From Dehalococcoidia bacterium (lineage in GTDB: Bacteria; Chloroflexota; Dehalococcoidia; SZUA-161; SpSt-899): DNA of 51,156 bases. A program made the position numbers and the translations under genes. This document shows positions 1 through 7,523 of this stretch, piece by piece (within the stretch, counting starts at the first letter, position 1; every line of letters starts with the position of its first letter). The DNA lies in contig JALPYG010000001.1 of assembly GCA_023271215.1 (NCBI GenBank), positions 1 through 51,156 of the forward strand, written 5' to 3'. The notes beneath the pieces are model-generated. The model was not told where the DNA came from. It saw only the letters and a list, made by a program, of their open reading frames with translations, and ran no database searches.

Positions 1-1
1 T

Positions 2-502
2 GAACAGGGATTAGACAAGCCGAGAGGTATTTTTGTGTGCAGTATGTCGGATTTATTTGGCATAGGCATTCCTTTAGAATGGACTGAGGCAATACTAAAT
101 GCGATGGATAATAAACATGATCGTTTCTATATCCTGACAAAACAGCCCCAGAACCTGATCAAATTCTCGCCGTTTCCGGATAATTGTTTTGTTGGTTTTA
201 CCGCTACGACAAATGAGCAGATTCAATATGGCTTGGCCCATATCGCCGATGTAGAAGCGAGGGTTAAATATATCAGTTTTGAACCTCTGCTGGAAAAAGT
301 GTCGCTCCTTGCACCGGAGATGGTTGATTGGGTAATCATCGGTGGACAATCGGGGCCAAGTAGGTTTCACCCCCCTGAAGAATGGATTCAGGAAATAGAG
401 GATGCCTGCGATAAGTGTGGCATACCTGTTTTTGAGAAGAATAACTTGAGACCATCCGGGGCACTTAGACAGGAAATGGCGGAGGCAAATCATGGGAAAT
501 AG
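2..502 (+). CDS. Gp37/Gp68-family phage protein (DUF5131-like), 5' end cut by window edge
   Basis: The frame is open back to nt 2 (EQGLDKPRGIFVCSMSDLFG...). The blocks IFVxSMSDLF, YILTKQPQN, ISFEPLLE and DWVIIGGQSGP fit my recollection of this family. The next gene overlaps its 3' end. Confidence 0.7.
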   Translation, partial: EQGLDKPRGIFVCSMSDLFGIGIPLEWTEAILNAMDNKHDRFYILTKQPQNLIKFSPFPDNCFVGFTATTNEQIQYGLAHIADVEARVKYISFEPLLEKVSLLAPEMVDWVIIGGQSGPSRFHPPEEWIQEIEDACDKCGIPVFEKNNLRPSGALRQEMAEANHGK

Positions 503-689
503 TTTTATGCGAAAGTCATTGCCATCTGGGAAGCATGGATTCAGGTATTCCCACAAAGGGTATTGTAGTGTATGTGGTCAACAGGGTCCTACGGTATACT
601 GGGATGACACGATAGGCAGACATTATTTTGCTCTATGCTCCGACTGCTGCCAAATTATAATGGCAATCCATGAGAGTAAGGACCTTTGA
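492..689 (+). CDS. small CxxC...CxxC zinc-ribbon protein (family member 1 of 3)
   Basis: GGAGG lies upstream of the ATG. Motif CSVCGQQGPTVYWDD...ALCSDCC. Clear paralogue of 3921..4118 and 21714..21875. Confidence 0.6.
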   Translation: MGNSFMRKSLPSGKHGFRYSHKGYCSVCGQQGPTVYWDDTIGRHYFALCSDCCQIIMAIHESKDL

Positions 690-700
690 GGAGGCAAACG

Positions 701-838
701 ATGAGTAGGCCAATCTATAATTGCATCCATTGCTGGGAAGATTGTGATTGGGCGGGGATAGAGAGGCTAGTATGGAGCGAAGACGAATGCGAATTAGGAA
801 TTATCTACGAAAATGATGAGGTTGACGAGACGAGATGA
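701..838 (+). CDS. small Cys-rich protein (45 aa)
   Basis: Below the size cut-off of the ORF track. GAGGAGG SD lies about 6 nt upstream of ATG 701. Its stop overlaps the next start (ATGA at 835). Motif CIHCWEDCDW. Confidence 0.45.
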   Translation: MSRPIYNCIHCWEDCDWAGIERLVWSEDECELGIIYENDEVDETR

Positions 839-1032
839 GAAAACGCACCTCTCGCAAGTGGCCGATTCCGAACGACCAATGGGCGATTGTTCGGGGGGAG
901 TTGCGAAGGGTTGTTGCACGTGCCACAACCCCTAAACCGGATCATCCTTGCGGGGCCTGTGATTCTAGCAATTGGTGGCAGAGGAAAGATGGCGGATGGG
1001 TTTGCGGTCGATGTTATCCCCGGCCGTGGTAG
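835..1032 (+). CDS. small zinc-ribbon protein
   Basis: Motifs CGACDSSNWW...CGRCYP. ATGA-coupled to the upstream ORF. Confidence 0.55.
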   Translation: MRKRTSRKWPIPNDQWAIVRGELRRVVARATTPKPDHPCGACDSSNWWQRKDGGWVCGRCYPRPW

Positions 1033-1039
1033 TGAAGTA

Positions 1040-1935
1040 GAGAGGAGGCAGCGTTGAGTTTCGTCCAGTCTCGCTGGGCAATGCAAAGGTGAGGTCAAGT
1101 GAAGTGTGGTTGTACAGAGTACTGTAGAGCAAAGGCGGAGCAGAGTGGTGTGAAGTGCGGTCCAGCGCAGTTCAGTGGAGTAACGCGCGGCAGGGGTAAC
1201 ATTGCGTTGGGTCGCGTTTTGTAGCGCAAAGGCGAAGCAGGGCAGAGTCGTGCACGGTGTGGCGCTGAGTGTTGTACTGCAAGGGCAAGGTAACGTGTGG
1301 CTGTGTTTTGTTCAGTTGTGTGGGGTGAAGTGAAGTAAAGGCGGTGTTAAGCAGTGTGGACCAGCGCGGAGGTAACGCAAAGTGCGGTGGTGTGGGGCGT
1401 CGCAAAGGCAATGTAGCGTGGAGTTGTGTTTTGCTCGGTGGTGTCGGGTGAAGCGAAGTGAAGGCAGTGTGGTGTCTGGTGAAGCGAGGTGAAGGCAGCG
1501 TTGAGTTTCGTCCAGTCTCGCTGGGCAATGCAAAGGCGGGGTATAGTGAAGTGTAGTTAAGTGATGTAGAGCAAAGGCGGTGTTAAGCAGTGTGGACCAG
1601 CGCGGAGGTAGCGCTGAGCGCGGTGACGTGGTGTCGAGTGAAGCAAAGTAAAGGCGGTGCTGTGTTTAGTTGAGTCCTGTAAGGTATTGTGACATGCTGT
1701 AAGGTAAAGGCAGTGTTGAGTTGCGTGTGGTTTTGCTCGGCAATGTAAAGGCGGGGTATAGTGAAGTGTAGTTAAGTGATGTAGAGCAAAGGCGGTGTCA
1801 AGCAGTGTAACGCAAAGGCACAGCAAGGTAGGGTGAGGTGACGTTGCGTAATGTAAAGCAAAGGTGTGGTGTTGTATGGTGCAGCAAGGGCGAGGCTTGG
1901 CATGGCATAGCGAAGTAAAACAAAGGAGGTAAGCA
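1040..1935 (+). repeat. ~0.9-kb non-coding, C-depleted (G/T-rich on + strand) region of interleaved direct repeats
   Basis: No + strand ORF of 60 aa or more. An identical 43-bp repeat sits at 1047-1089 and 1494-1536. A 62-bp repeat sits at 1532-1593 and 1747-1808 (1 mismatch). A 38-bp repeat sits at 1337-1374 and 1573-1610. About 18 copies of a CAAAGGCGG-like core are spaced at irregular intervals of roughly 25-100 nt. Hand counts of several 60-nt lines give C near 13% and G near 40%. Confidence 0.8.
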
Positions 1936-1938
1936 AGA

Positions 1939-2550
1939 ATGTACCGTAGGTATCAAGTGGAACTTGAGACCATAACCGAGCTTCTGGGCACGCAACCAGT
2001 CCAAGAGATTCGGCAAGAGCATCTCCCTACTAGGGAGGATGAGGAGGTGTTTGAAGGTGCGGGTGAGGAGAAAGAGCGCCCCACAACCTTCTATGTCCAC
2101 GACGGTAAAATTTGTCTCATGGACTACCAAGTGAAAGGGTGGTTCAAGGAGGCCTTTGGCGAGTTTCCTCAGTTCACGGGGATTAAGGGGCGTACTAAGG
2201 AATGGGCCAGTGCAACCACCGTGAAGGGGCGAATTGACAAATGGTTGTTCATCTCCCCTCGGTATATTCCTTTTGTGCGGGGTGGCAGGGAGATAACGAA
2301 ACCCGAAAGTGTCCTGTCTAGGATCGTGAGAGGCATGGGGGTGGGCGGAGTGCCTCGTGTTGTCCCCGTTAATTCGGACTCTCTCGATCCAGGGGTGAGG
2401 ATAGCATTCCAGATCAAGATAAGGGAAAACTGCCCCATAGACATGGAAGCCCTCAAAGGAGTCCTCCCCTATGGAGAGGAGTTCGGGCTTCTTGGTTGGA
2501 GAAGCGCTGGCTTCGGGAGCTTCAAAGTGATAAGCATTCAAGAGGTCTGA
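1939..2550 (+). CDS. hypothetical protein with C-terminal glycine-rich loop (LLGWRSAGFGSF)
   Basis: AAAGGAGG SD precedes ATG 1939. It is the first real gene after the repeat region. The overlapping minus-strand ORF 1798..2541 is judged spurious. Confidence 0.7.
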   Translation: MYRRYQVELETITELLGTQPVQEIRQEHLPTREDEEVFEGAGEEKERPTTFYVHDGKICLMDYQVKGWFKEAFGEFPQFTGIKGRTKEWASATTVKGRIDKWLFISPRYIPFVRGGREITKPESVLSRIVRGMGVGGVPRVVPVNSDSLDPGVRIAFQIKIRENCPIDMEALKGVLPYGEEFGLLGWRSAGFGSFKVISIQEV

Positions 2551-2595
2551 ACACTACGCCCTTGCTGCACCTTTGTCTTAATTGGAAAGAGAGCG

Positions 2596-2946
2596 ATGAA
2601 GCGGATCTGCAAAGATAAGAAAGAGGACGAGTTCTATCTTTTTACTCCTGAAGAAAAAGAGGAGCTGGTAAAGATTGTGCATTTAGGCGAAAAGGCGCTC
2701 AAATTGTATGAGCTGACTCGGGAGTTGATGGAGAGAGCAAAGGTAGCCGGCGAGATTGGAAATCGGCAGGAGTTTATGGATATGTATAAAAAGGCACTTG
2801 AATGCCGCTTGCTTGCTACTAACACTGCTCTTGAAGGTGTAGAGAAACAGATTGAGTTTTATAGAGGCATTGCTCGGGTTGAGGGGTGGGAGATATCCTC
2901 AGAAGAGGCGATGGTTGAGGATAAGGATGGCAGTAACCAAGCCTAA
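2596..2946 (+). CDS. hypothetical helical/coiled-coil protein
   Basis: Plus-strand ORF in register with the operon, with charged heptad-like composition. Confidence 0.55.
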   Translation: MKRICKDKKEDEFYLFTPEEKEELVKIVHLGEKALKLYELTRELMERAKVAGEIGNRQEFMDMYKKALECRLLATNTALEGVEKQIEFYRGIARVEGWEISSEEAMVEDKDGSNQA

Positions 2947-3178
2947 GTGCCGCATTTGTGGCAAAGAGATTAAACCCTTTGCCCAGTTCTGGCTCAGGGA
3001 ACCGGACAGGTACAACACCGAAGGGTTTGCAGTTGAGCGAGGCAGGGCCATGCCGTTCTGCAGCTTAGGCTGCGTGTTTGGCTGGAGTGGGAAGATGCTG
3101 CGAGAGCAAAAGAAGGCAAGGGATAGGAAAGACCTGGAACTGGCTGAAGCTGGCGAGGAGGAGGCAAATTGTGGATGA
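2927..3178 (+). CDS. TRASH/FCS-type zinc-finger protein
   Basis: Internal ATG 2927 follows GAGGATAAGG. The CRICGKEI...FCSLGC spacing is typical of CxxC...FCSxxC fingers. It has an acidic C-terminus. Confidence 0.5.
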   Translation: MAVTKPKCRICGKEIKPFAQFWLREPDRYNTEGFAVERGRAMPFCSLGCVFGWSGKMLREQKKARDRKDLELAEAGEEEANCG

Positions 3179-3476
3179 TCTTAGTTCAAAACTAAGGAAA
3201 GATTTAGAAAGTATCTTGGGCGATGAGGTTGAGCAATCTAAGACTAAGAGAGAGGGGTTGGACGAAACTTTGGTTGCGGAATTATTTGACGAAGCTTTTG
3301 CATGCGGGGTTCCACTTGAAAAAGACAGGTCACAGCTTATGTTTGTGTTTAACATGTTGATAGAGAATCTTTCAATCCGTGATGCATTGGTACTAGCATT
3401 TGGTTTGGGAAGGGGGTATCAAAAAAGGATGTCGCAAATGGAGAAGGAAAATGGCAAATCTGGCGGGGATAGCTAA
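3171..3476 (+). CDS. hypothetical protein
   Basis: GTG 3171 follows GGAGGAGG and overlaps the upstream stop. The longer ATG 3078 start would overlap the previous gene by 100 nt. Confidence 0.45.
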   Translation: MDDLSSKLRKDLESILGDEVEQSKTKREGLDETLVAELFDEAFACGVPLEKDRSQLMFVFNMLIENLSIRDALVLAFGLGRGYQKRMSQMEKENGKSGGDS

Positions 3477-3927
3477 CGATGGGGAAAGCTGTGCTATAGA
3501 CGAACACGAGGTCAAGCGGCTGTATCTCGAAGAAAAACTGCCCATAAACCAGATTGCTAACACTCTCGGGGTACCGCGCTACGCTGACAAAATCAAAGGC
3601 ATTTTAGCAGCACAGGGGATCGAAATCCTCTGCTGGTGTGGACTCCCGCGGAGAGGGCATACCCGGTGCGACGGATGCGGCATCCTGGTTGGGCCCAAGC
3701 ATATCACGAAGACTGTTCAGCAATATGAGGGCAAGGGTTATTGCGATAGCTGTTTCGAAAGGCGAGTGAGAGGAGCGCCACCCGAGGGCTGGGATCGATT
3801 TTTAGGGATGACTGAAGATGATGATGACGACGAGGAGGAGGAATATATCGAGCTTGCCAACCTCGGCATGGAGGACTACGCGCGTAGACTGTGGGGAATC
3901 GAGCAGGAGGAGCATGAAAAATGGTAA
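3451..3927 (+). CDS. HTH plus Cys-rich (zinc-ribbon-like) protein with poly-acidic tail
   Basis: ATG 3451 follows GGAGAAGG. HTH-like segment LPINQIANTLGVPRY, Cys cluster CWCG...CDGCG...CDSC, and a DDDDDEEEE run. Confidence 0.55.
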   Translation: MANLAGIANDGESCAIDEHEVKRLYLEEKLPINQIANTLGVPRYADKIKGILAAQGIEILCWCGLPRRGHTRCDGCGILVGPKHITKTVQQYEGKGYCDSCFERRVRGAPPEGWDRFLGMTEDDDDDEEEEYIELANLGMEDYARRLWGIEQEEHEKW

Positions 3928-4118
3928 ATACATTTATCCACGTAACAGTCCACAACGATTTAGGTGACTTCGATTATTTTGCCAGAGGGTTTTGCAGTGT
4001 GTGTGGGAAGGAGAAGCCTGTCGTCAATTGGACAGATAAGCTGGGCACACGCAGCTTTGCATTGTGTCAGGGCTGTGCCGAGGCGATTGTGGTAATACAT
4101 CAGAGGCAAAACCGGTGA
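3921..4118 (+). CDS. small CxxC...CxxC zinc-ribbon protein (family member 2 of 3)
   Basis: CSVCGKEKPVVNWTDKLGTRSFALCQGCAEAIVVIH aligns residue-for-residue with 492..689. Confidence 0.6.
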   Translation: MVNTFIHVTVHNDLGDFDYFARGFCSVCGKEKPVVNWTDKLGTRSFALCQGCAEAIVVIHQRQNR

Positions 4119-4150
4119 ATACGAAAAGTGGCGCAAGAAGAGGAGCCAAA

Positions 4151-4444
4151 ATGAACAAGCGGGATTTGACGCCGGCCGAGAAGCTGTGGATAGAGGTTTT
4201 CGGACCTCGCGGCCTGCCTGAACTGGATGACAGGAAGGTAGCAGAAATCCTTGACAGCCTTCCTGACCGTGAGCGACTGGTGGTATACATGCGCTTTGGA
4301 GAGAAGGGGCATGGGCAGTCTTTCAGCAGTATTGGAAAGAAGCTCTCCCTATCGAAGGAGACGGTGCGGTTAAACTTGAAACAGGCCATACGTCATCTCC
4401 GGCACCCCAGCCGGCGCAAGGCGTGGGAGGAGGCGCGGAGATGA
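4151..4444 (+). CDS. sigma-70 region-4-like / LuxR-type HTH protein
   Basis: ATG 4151 follows GAGGAG. LPDRERLVVYMRFG...QSFSSIGKKLSLSKETVRLNLKQAIRHLR matches the region 4.2 HTH pattern. Confidence 0.65.
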   Translation: MNKRDLTPAEKLWIEVFGPRGLPELDDRKVAEILDSLPDRERLVVYMRFGEKGHGQSFSSIGKKLSLSKETVRLNLKQAIRHLRHPSRRKAWEEARR

Positions 4445-4764
4445 GAGGCCGGGATTGGTATACTGACTTCATGAACCGGACTTTTGAGGAACTCATGGAG
4501 CGCCTCGCTAAGGATTGTGAGAAGGTTTTTGGTGAATTTGATGCGTCAAGGATCATGGGGCAGCCCGGTCTGGCATTGAATAAAGGAGCGGCCTATCATA
4601 TGCTTGGTCTAGAGGAATCGGCCTCGGACGAGGAGGTAAAAAAACGGTACCTGAGCCTTGTCAAGCGGCTGCACCCAGATGTGGCCGGCAGGGAAACGGA
4701 GCACCTGTTCAAGCTCGTCCATGTGGCCTATGAGCAGATTTCGAAGGAAAGAGGCTGGAAATGA
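4441..4764 (+). CDS. J-domain (DnaJ-like) protein
   Basis: ATGA overlap with the upstream stop. YHMLGLEESASDEEVKKRYLSLVKRLHPDV contains the HPD tripeptide in J-domain context. Confidence 0.75.
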   Translation: MRGRDWYTDFMNRTFEELMERLAKDCEKVFGEFDASRIMGQPGLALNKGAAYHMLGLEESASDEEVKKRYLSLVKRLHPDVAGRETEHLFKLVHVAYEQISKERGWK

Positions 4765-5684
4765 TAAACCTAACAGAGAATGACAAAGAGGGACTACAGA
4801 GGATACTTGAATACGAGAACGCCACTGACCGAGATCCAGAGCATTTCTCTCAATTTGGCTGGAGCTGGGACACGGTCAGGGTTTGGCCGGCTACGCTTAA
4901 CCGGCTAATCCAGATGGGATTACTGGAGGTTGTCTCGCACAGTAACAGCTATCGGGGAATGAAGTTGACCCCGGAGGGCTATGCCATTGCCCAGAGCTTA
5001 GGTAACCCACAGGCTGCCGAGGATGAAGTCCCAGCGATTCCCGATAGCCTGCCGGAGGATATCTTCCAGGACATCGTAGGCCACGAGAAGATCAAGAAAT
5101 TGCTGAGAGCTGTTGTCCTCGCTGCAAAGCCGGTGCACGTGCTTCTCTCGGGACCGCCGGCGCTGGCAAAGAGTTTATTCCTCCTAGAGTTGGAGAGGGT
5201 GTTGGGCAGTCGTGCTCACTGGGCACTGGGGTCGGCGGTATCTAAAGCCGGCCTCCAGGAGATGCTTTTGGAATTCCGGCCTTACGTCTTGCTCATCGAC
5301 GAGCTCGATAAGATGGACGGCAGGGATCAGGCCGCCCTCTTGTCGGTGATGGAAGGGGGGGGAGTGAGCAGGACGAAGGTGGGACGGATGGCCGATGAGA
5401 AGATTGAATGCCGAGTGGTGGCAACGGTTAATGTCCTGGGGAAGCTTCCCCCGGAGCTGACTTCCAGATTTGCTGTCAAGCAAGTTCGCCCTTACACCTC
5501 AGAGGAGTTCAAGAAGGTGGTCGAAGGGGTGCTGCAGAGGCGTGAGGGAATGGAAGAGTCAGTAGCGCTGAGCATAGCTCAGAAGCTGGATGGACGGATC
5601 CAGGATGTGCGAGATGCTATCAGGGTGGCTCGTCTGGTGCCTCAGGTTGGGTTAGAGGAGGCAATAATGCTGCTCCTAGGTTGA
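4761..5684 (+). CDS. AAA+ ATPase with N-terminal winged-helix-like region
   Basis: ATGA overlap. Walker A-like LLSGPPALAKS (atypical Ala before Lys). Walker B VLLIDELDK. Downstream VVATVN sensor-like strand. Confidence 0.7.
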   Translation: MINLTENDKEGLQRILEYENATDRDPEHFSQFGWSWDTVRVWPATLNRLIQMGLLEVVSHSNSYRGMKLTPEGYAIAQSLGNPQAAEDEVPAIPDSLPEDIFQDIVGHEKIKKLLRAVVLAAKPVHVLLSGPPALAKSLFLLELERVLGSRAHWALGSAVSKAGLQEMLLEFRPYVLLIDELDKMDGRDQAALLSVMEGGGVSRTKVGRMADEKIECRVVATVNVLGKLPPELTSRFAVKQVRPYTSEEFKKVVEGVLQRREGMEESVALSIAQKLDGRIQDVRDAIRVARLVPQVGLEEAIMLLLG

Positions 5685-5775
5685 TTTGCCGCTGGAATAG
5701 GCTTAAACTAAATACAGGGGATACAGGGGGGTAACCGGGGGCATGGCCGAAGAGAGTAAGGGAGAAAATGCCTTG

Positions 5776-5814
5776 CCATAGCTACTGGTGCCATAGTTAC
5801 TCACCATAGTTACT
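5776..5814 (+). promoter_or_regulatory. three direct repeats CCATAG(C/T)TACT (putative operator/iteron set)
   Basis: Copies at 5776-5786, 5791-5801 and 5804-5814, 20 nt upstream of ATG 5834. Confidence 0.4.
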
Positions 5815-5833
5815 TGTAGAGGGGGGAATAGAA

Positions 5834-6763
5834 ATGTTTACTTGCAGCATATGTGGTAAAAAGTTTAAGACCATGCAGGCTCTTGGTGGACATATGTCCC
5901 ATGCCCACGTGCACGACAAGACCAAGAACCAACCCCCGGCTGAGCCTTCTCCTCCTCCTAGTCAGCCAACCGATCAGGTTCGTGAGGATGGGAATGTGCC
6001 CGAGAACAACGCCTCAGAGCTTGGTAAAGCTGTTTCGGGGGAGCCACCCCAGCCCACGGATAAGGAGCTCGGTGTCATGGACAGTATCCGGGAGCTACGG
6101 AACCGCGGCTACAGCCCCAAGCAAGTGAGGGAACAGTTTGAATATCCCCGTCAAACCGTGGACCGGGTATTTGCCGAATATATCCCGCCAGAGGGAAAAG
6201 TGGATGAGACAAGATCGAATCAGGATAAAAAGCGGGAGACAATGCCAGCGGTCTACAAGAAGGACGAGCGCACGAACCCAGAAGTGCTACTGCGGGGATT
6301 GGCAGATGGTGACCACGAGGCTGAACTGGAATTCCGGGGAATGATGAAGTTGAGAGCGGCGATGCTTATGGTCATGGACTTGATGAGTATTCAGAGGACA
6401 GCCGCAGAGGCTGATGCGCTCAGGATCAAACCAATCCTAGATTTGATGAAAGAGACTAGGCTGGAGCAAGACGCCGCCGCTGCCAGGGCCAAAGAATCCA
6501 GCAAAGACATAGCGGATCGTGCCGCCTATGAAGGGGCGAGAATACTGGCGGAGCAGGTGGTACCGGAGGTGCGGACGCTGATGGAGAAGCAGAAACCTGC
6601 TCCGGCTGGGAAGACTATACACGATCGCATGTTCGGTCCGATAGCCGATATGATGGGCCAGCAAATGGGGAACATGTTCAGCGGCATGTTTGGGATAAGT
6701 TCCGCTGGGCAGCAGCCCCAAGTTCCACCAGGTTGGGAATACGAAGAGGTGAAAGGAGAGTAA
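5834..6763 (+). CDS. C2H2 zinc-finger protein with Pro-rich linker, coiled coil and Met/Gly-rich C-terminus
   Basis: FTCSICGKKFKTMQALGGHMSHAH is a classical C-x2-C-x12-H-x4-H finger. The C-terminus reads MFGPIADMMGQQMGNMFSGMFG. Confidence 0.7.
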   Translation: MFTCSICGKKFKTMQALGGHMSHAHVHDKTKNQPPAEPSPPPSQPTDQVREDGNVPENNASELGKAVSGEPPQPTDKELGVMDSIRELRNRGYSPKQVREQFEYPRQTVDRVFAEYIPPEGKVDETRSNQDKKRETMPAVYKKDERTNPEVLLRGLADGDHEAELEFRGMMKLRAAMLMVMDLMSIQRTAAEADALRIKPILDLMKETRLEQDAAAARAKESSKDIADRAAYEGARILAEQVVPEVRTLMEKQKPAPAGKTIHDRMFGPIADMMGQQMGNMFSGMFGISSAGQQPQVPPGWEYEEVKGE

Positions 6764-6766
6764 GTA

Positions 6767-7009
6767 ATGGAGTTTCCACAGATGGGTGTCTCGGCCGAAG
6801 ACATGGAGCGAGCAAAACAGATAGGAGGATATTACACCGTGGTGATCCGGAAGTGCCATAAGGACAACAAATTCGAGGTGCAATTTAACCCCCGGACCGC
6901 TGAGGCTGCGGCGAATATCCCTCAACTCATCGACAACATGGTCCTGCAATTAGGTATCCAGATGAATACCTTTTTTGGGATTCAAGGAAAGATCGAGAAC
7001 GTGAAATAG
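6767..7009 (+). CDS. hypothetical small protein
   Basis: GAAAGGAG SD; 3 nt after the upstream stop. Confidence 0.55.
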   Translation: MEFPQMGVSAEDMERAKQIGGYYTVVIRKCHKDNKFEVQFNPRTAEAAANIPQLIDNMVLQLGIQMNTFFGIQGKIENVK

Positions 7010-7061
7010 ACGGTCAAAACGTAGCTAATTGTGGGGATAACGGTCGAAATTTAGCTATGGT

Positions 7062-7111
7062 CATGGCAATTGCCATGGCAAGTTGACAAACTTTCGTAGC
7101 TGTGCTAGTGT
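7062..7111 (+). promoter_or_regulatory. 16-bp perfect palindrome followed by a sigma70-like promoter
   Basis: Palindrome CATGGCAATTGCCATG at 7062-7077. TTGACA at 7083-7088, then a 17-nt spacer, then TAGTGT at 7106-7111. Confidence 0.4.
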
Positions 7112-7134
7112 AAGATAAACATTTAAGAGAGACC

Positions 7135-7198
7135 AAAAAAGGGCGGGACAGCAACCTTCGACTGAGAGGTTGAGGGCTGTCCCGCCCTTTCCTTTTGG
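7135..7198. terminator. long GC hairpin flanked by A-run and T-rich tract (bidirectional intrinsic terminator)
   Basis: AAAAAAGGGCGGGACAGC...GCTGTCCCGCCCTTTCCTTTT, a 12-bp perfect outer stem. Confidence 0.7.
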
Positions 7199-7337
7199 TC
7201 GAGGTTGCTCTTCCGGGAATATGTGGAATATCTATTTCGGCCGACTGCTTATGCTTATGTTTGCTATGAGGCTCGTTGCTGAGCCTCGCAATGGCCGTTC
7301 AAATCCGCAGCCTCCGACTGAAGAAAGGACATCAAAA

Positions 7338-7369
7338 GGGGAAACATCTGAAGGGATGTTCCCCCTTTT
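7338..7369 (+). terminator. intrinsic terminator
   Basis: GGGGAAACATC-tgaagg-GATGTTCCCCC followed by TTTT. Confidence 0.6.
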
Positions 7370-7523
7370 GTTTGCACAGAGGCGAGAGTGGGCGAAGAAA
7401 GCAGTAGAGGGATATATAAGAGCGCAGGATAAGAAGTGGCTGAACTGGGAAGAATCTATGTTCGTCCTATCAGGGTCGGCCCGCCAGCCGGCAAAGAACA
7501 AAAACTAAGTAAGGAGGAAGAAC

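Noticed and set aside
805-2541. Long minus-strand ORFs (805..1098, 1172..1528, 1312..1533, 1557..1826, 1798..2541) with Pro/Thr/His/Leu-rich translations
   Set aside because: They are a by-product of the C-depleted plus strand. The G-poor minus strand has few stop codons. Their sequences are low-complexity and repeat with the DNA repeats, they have no SDs, and the last one runs antisense through a well-supported plus-strand gene.
7170-7508. 112-aa plus-strand ORF
   Set aside because: It has no SD, and it runs straight through two intrinsic terminator hairpins. The region is better explained as a regulatory or small-RNA region.
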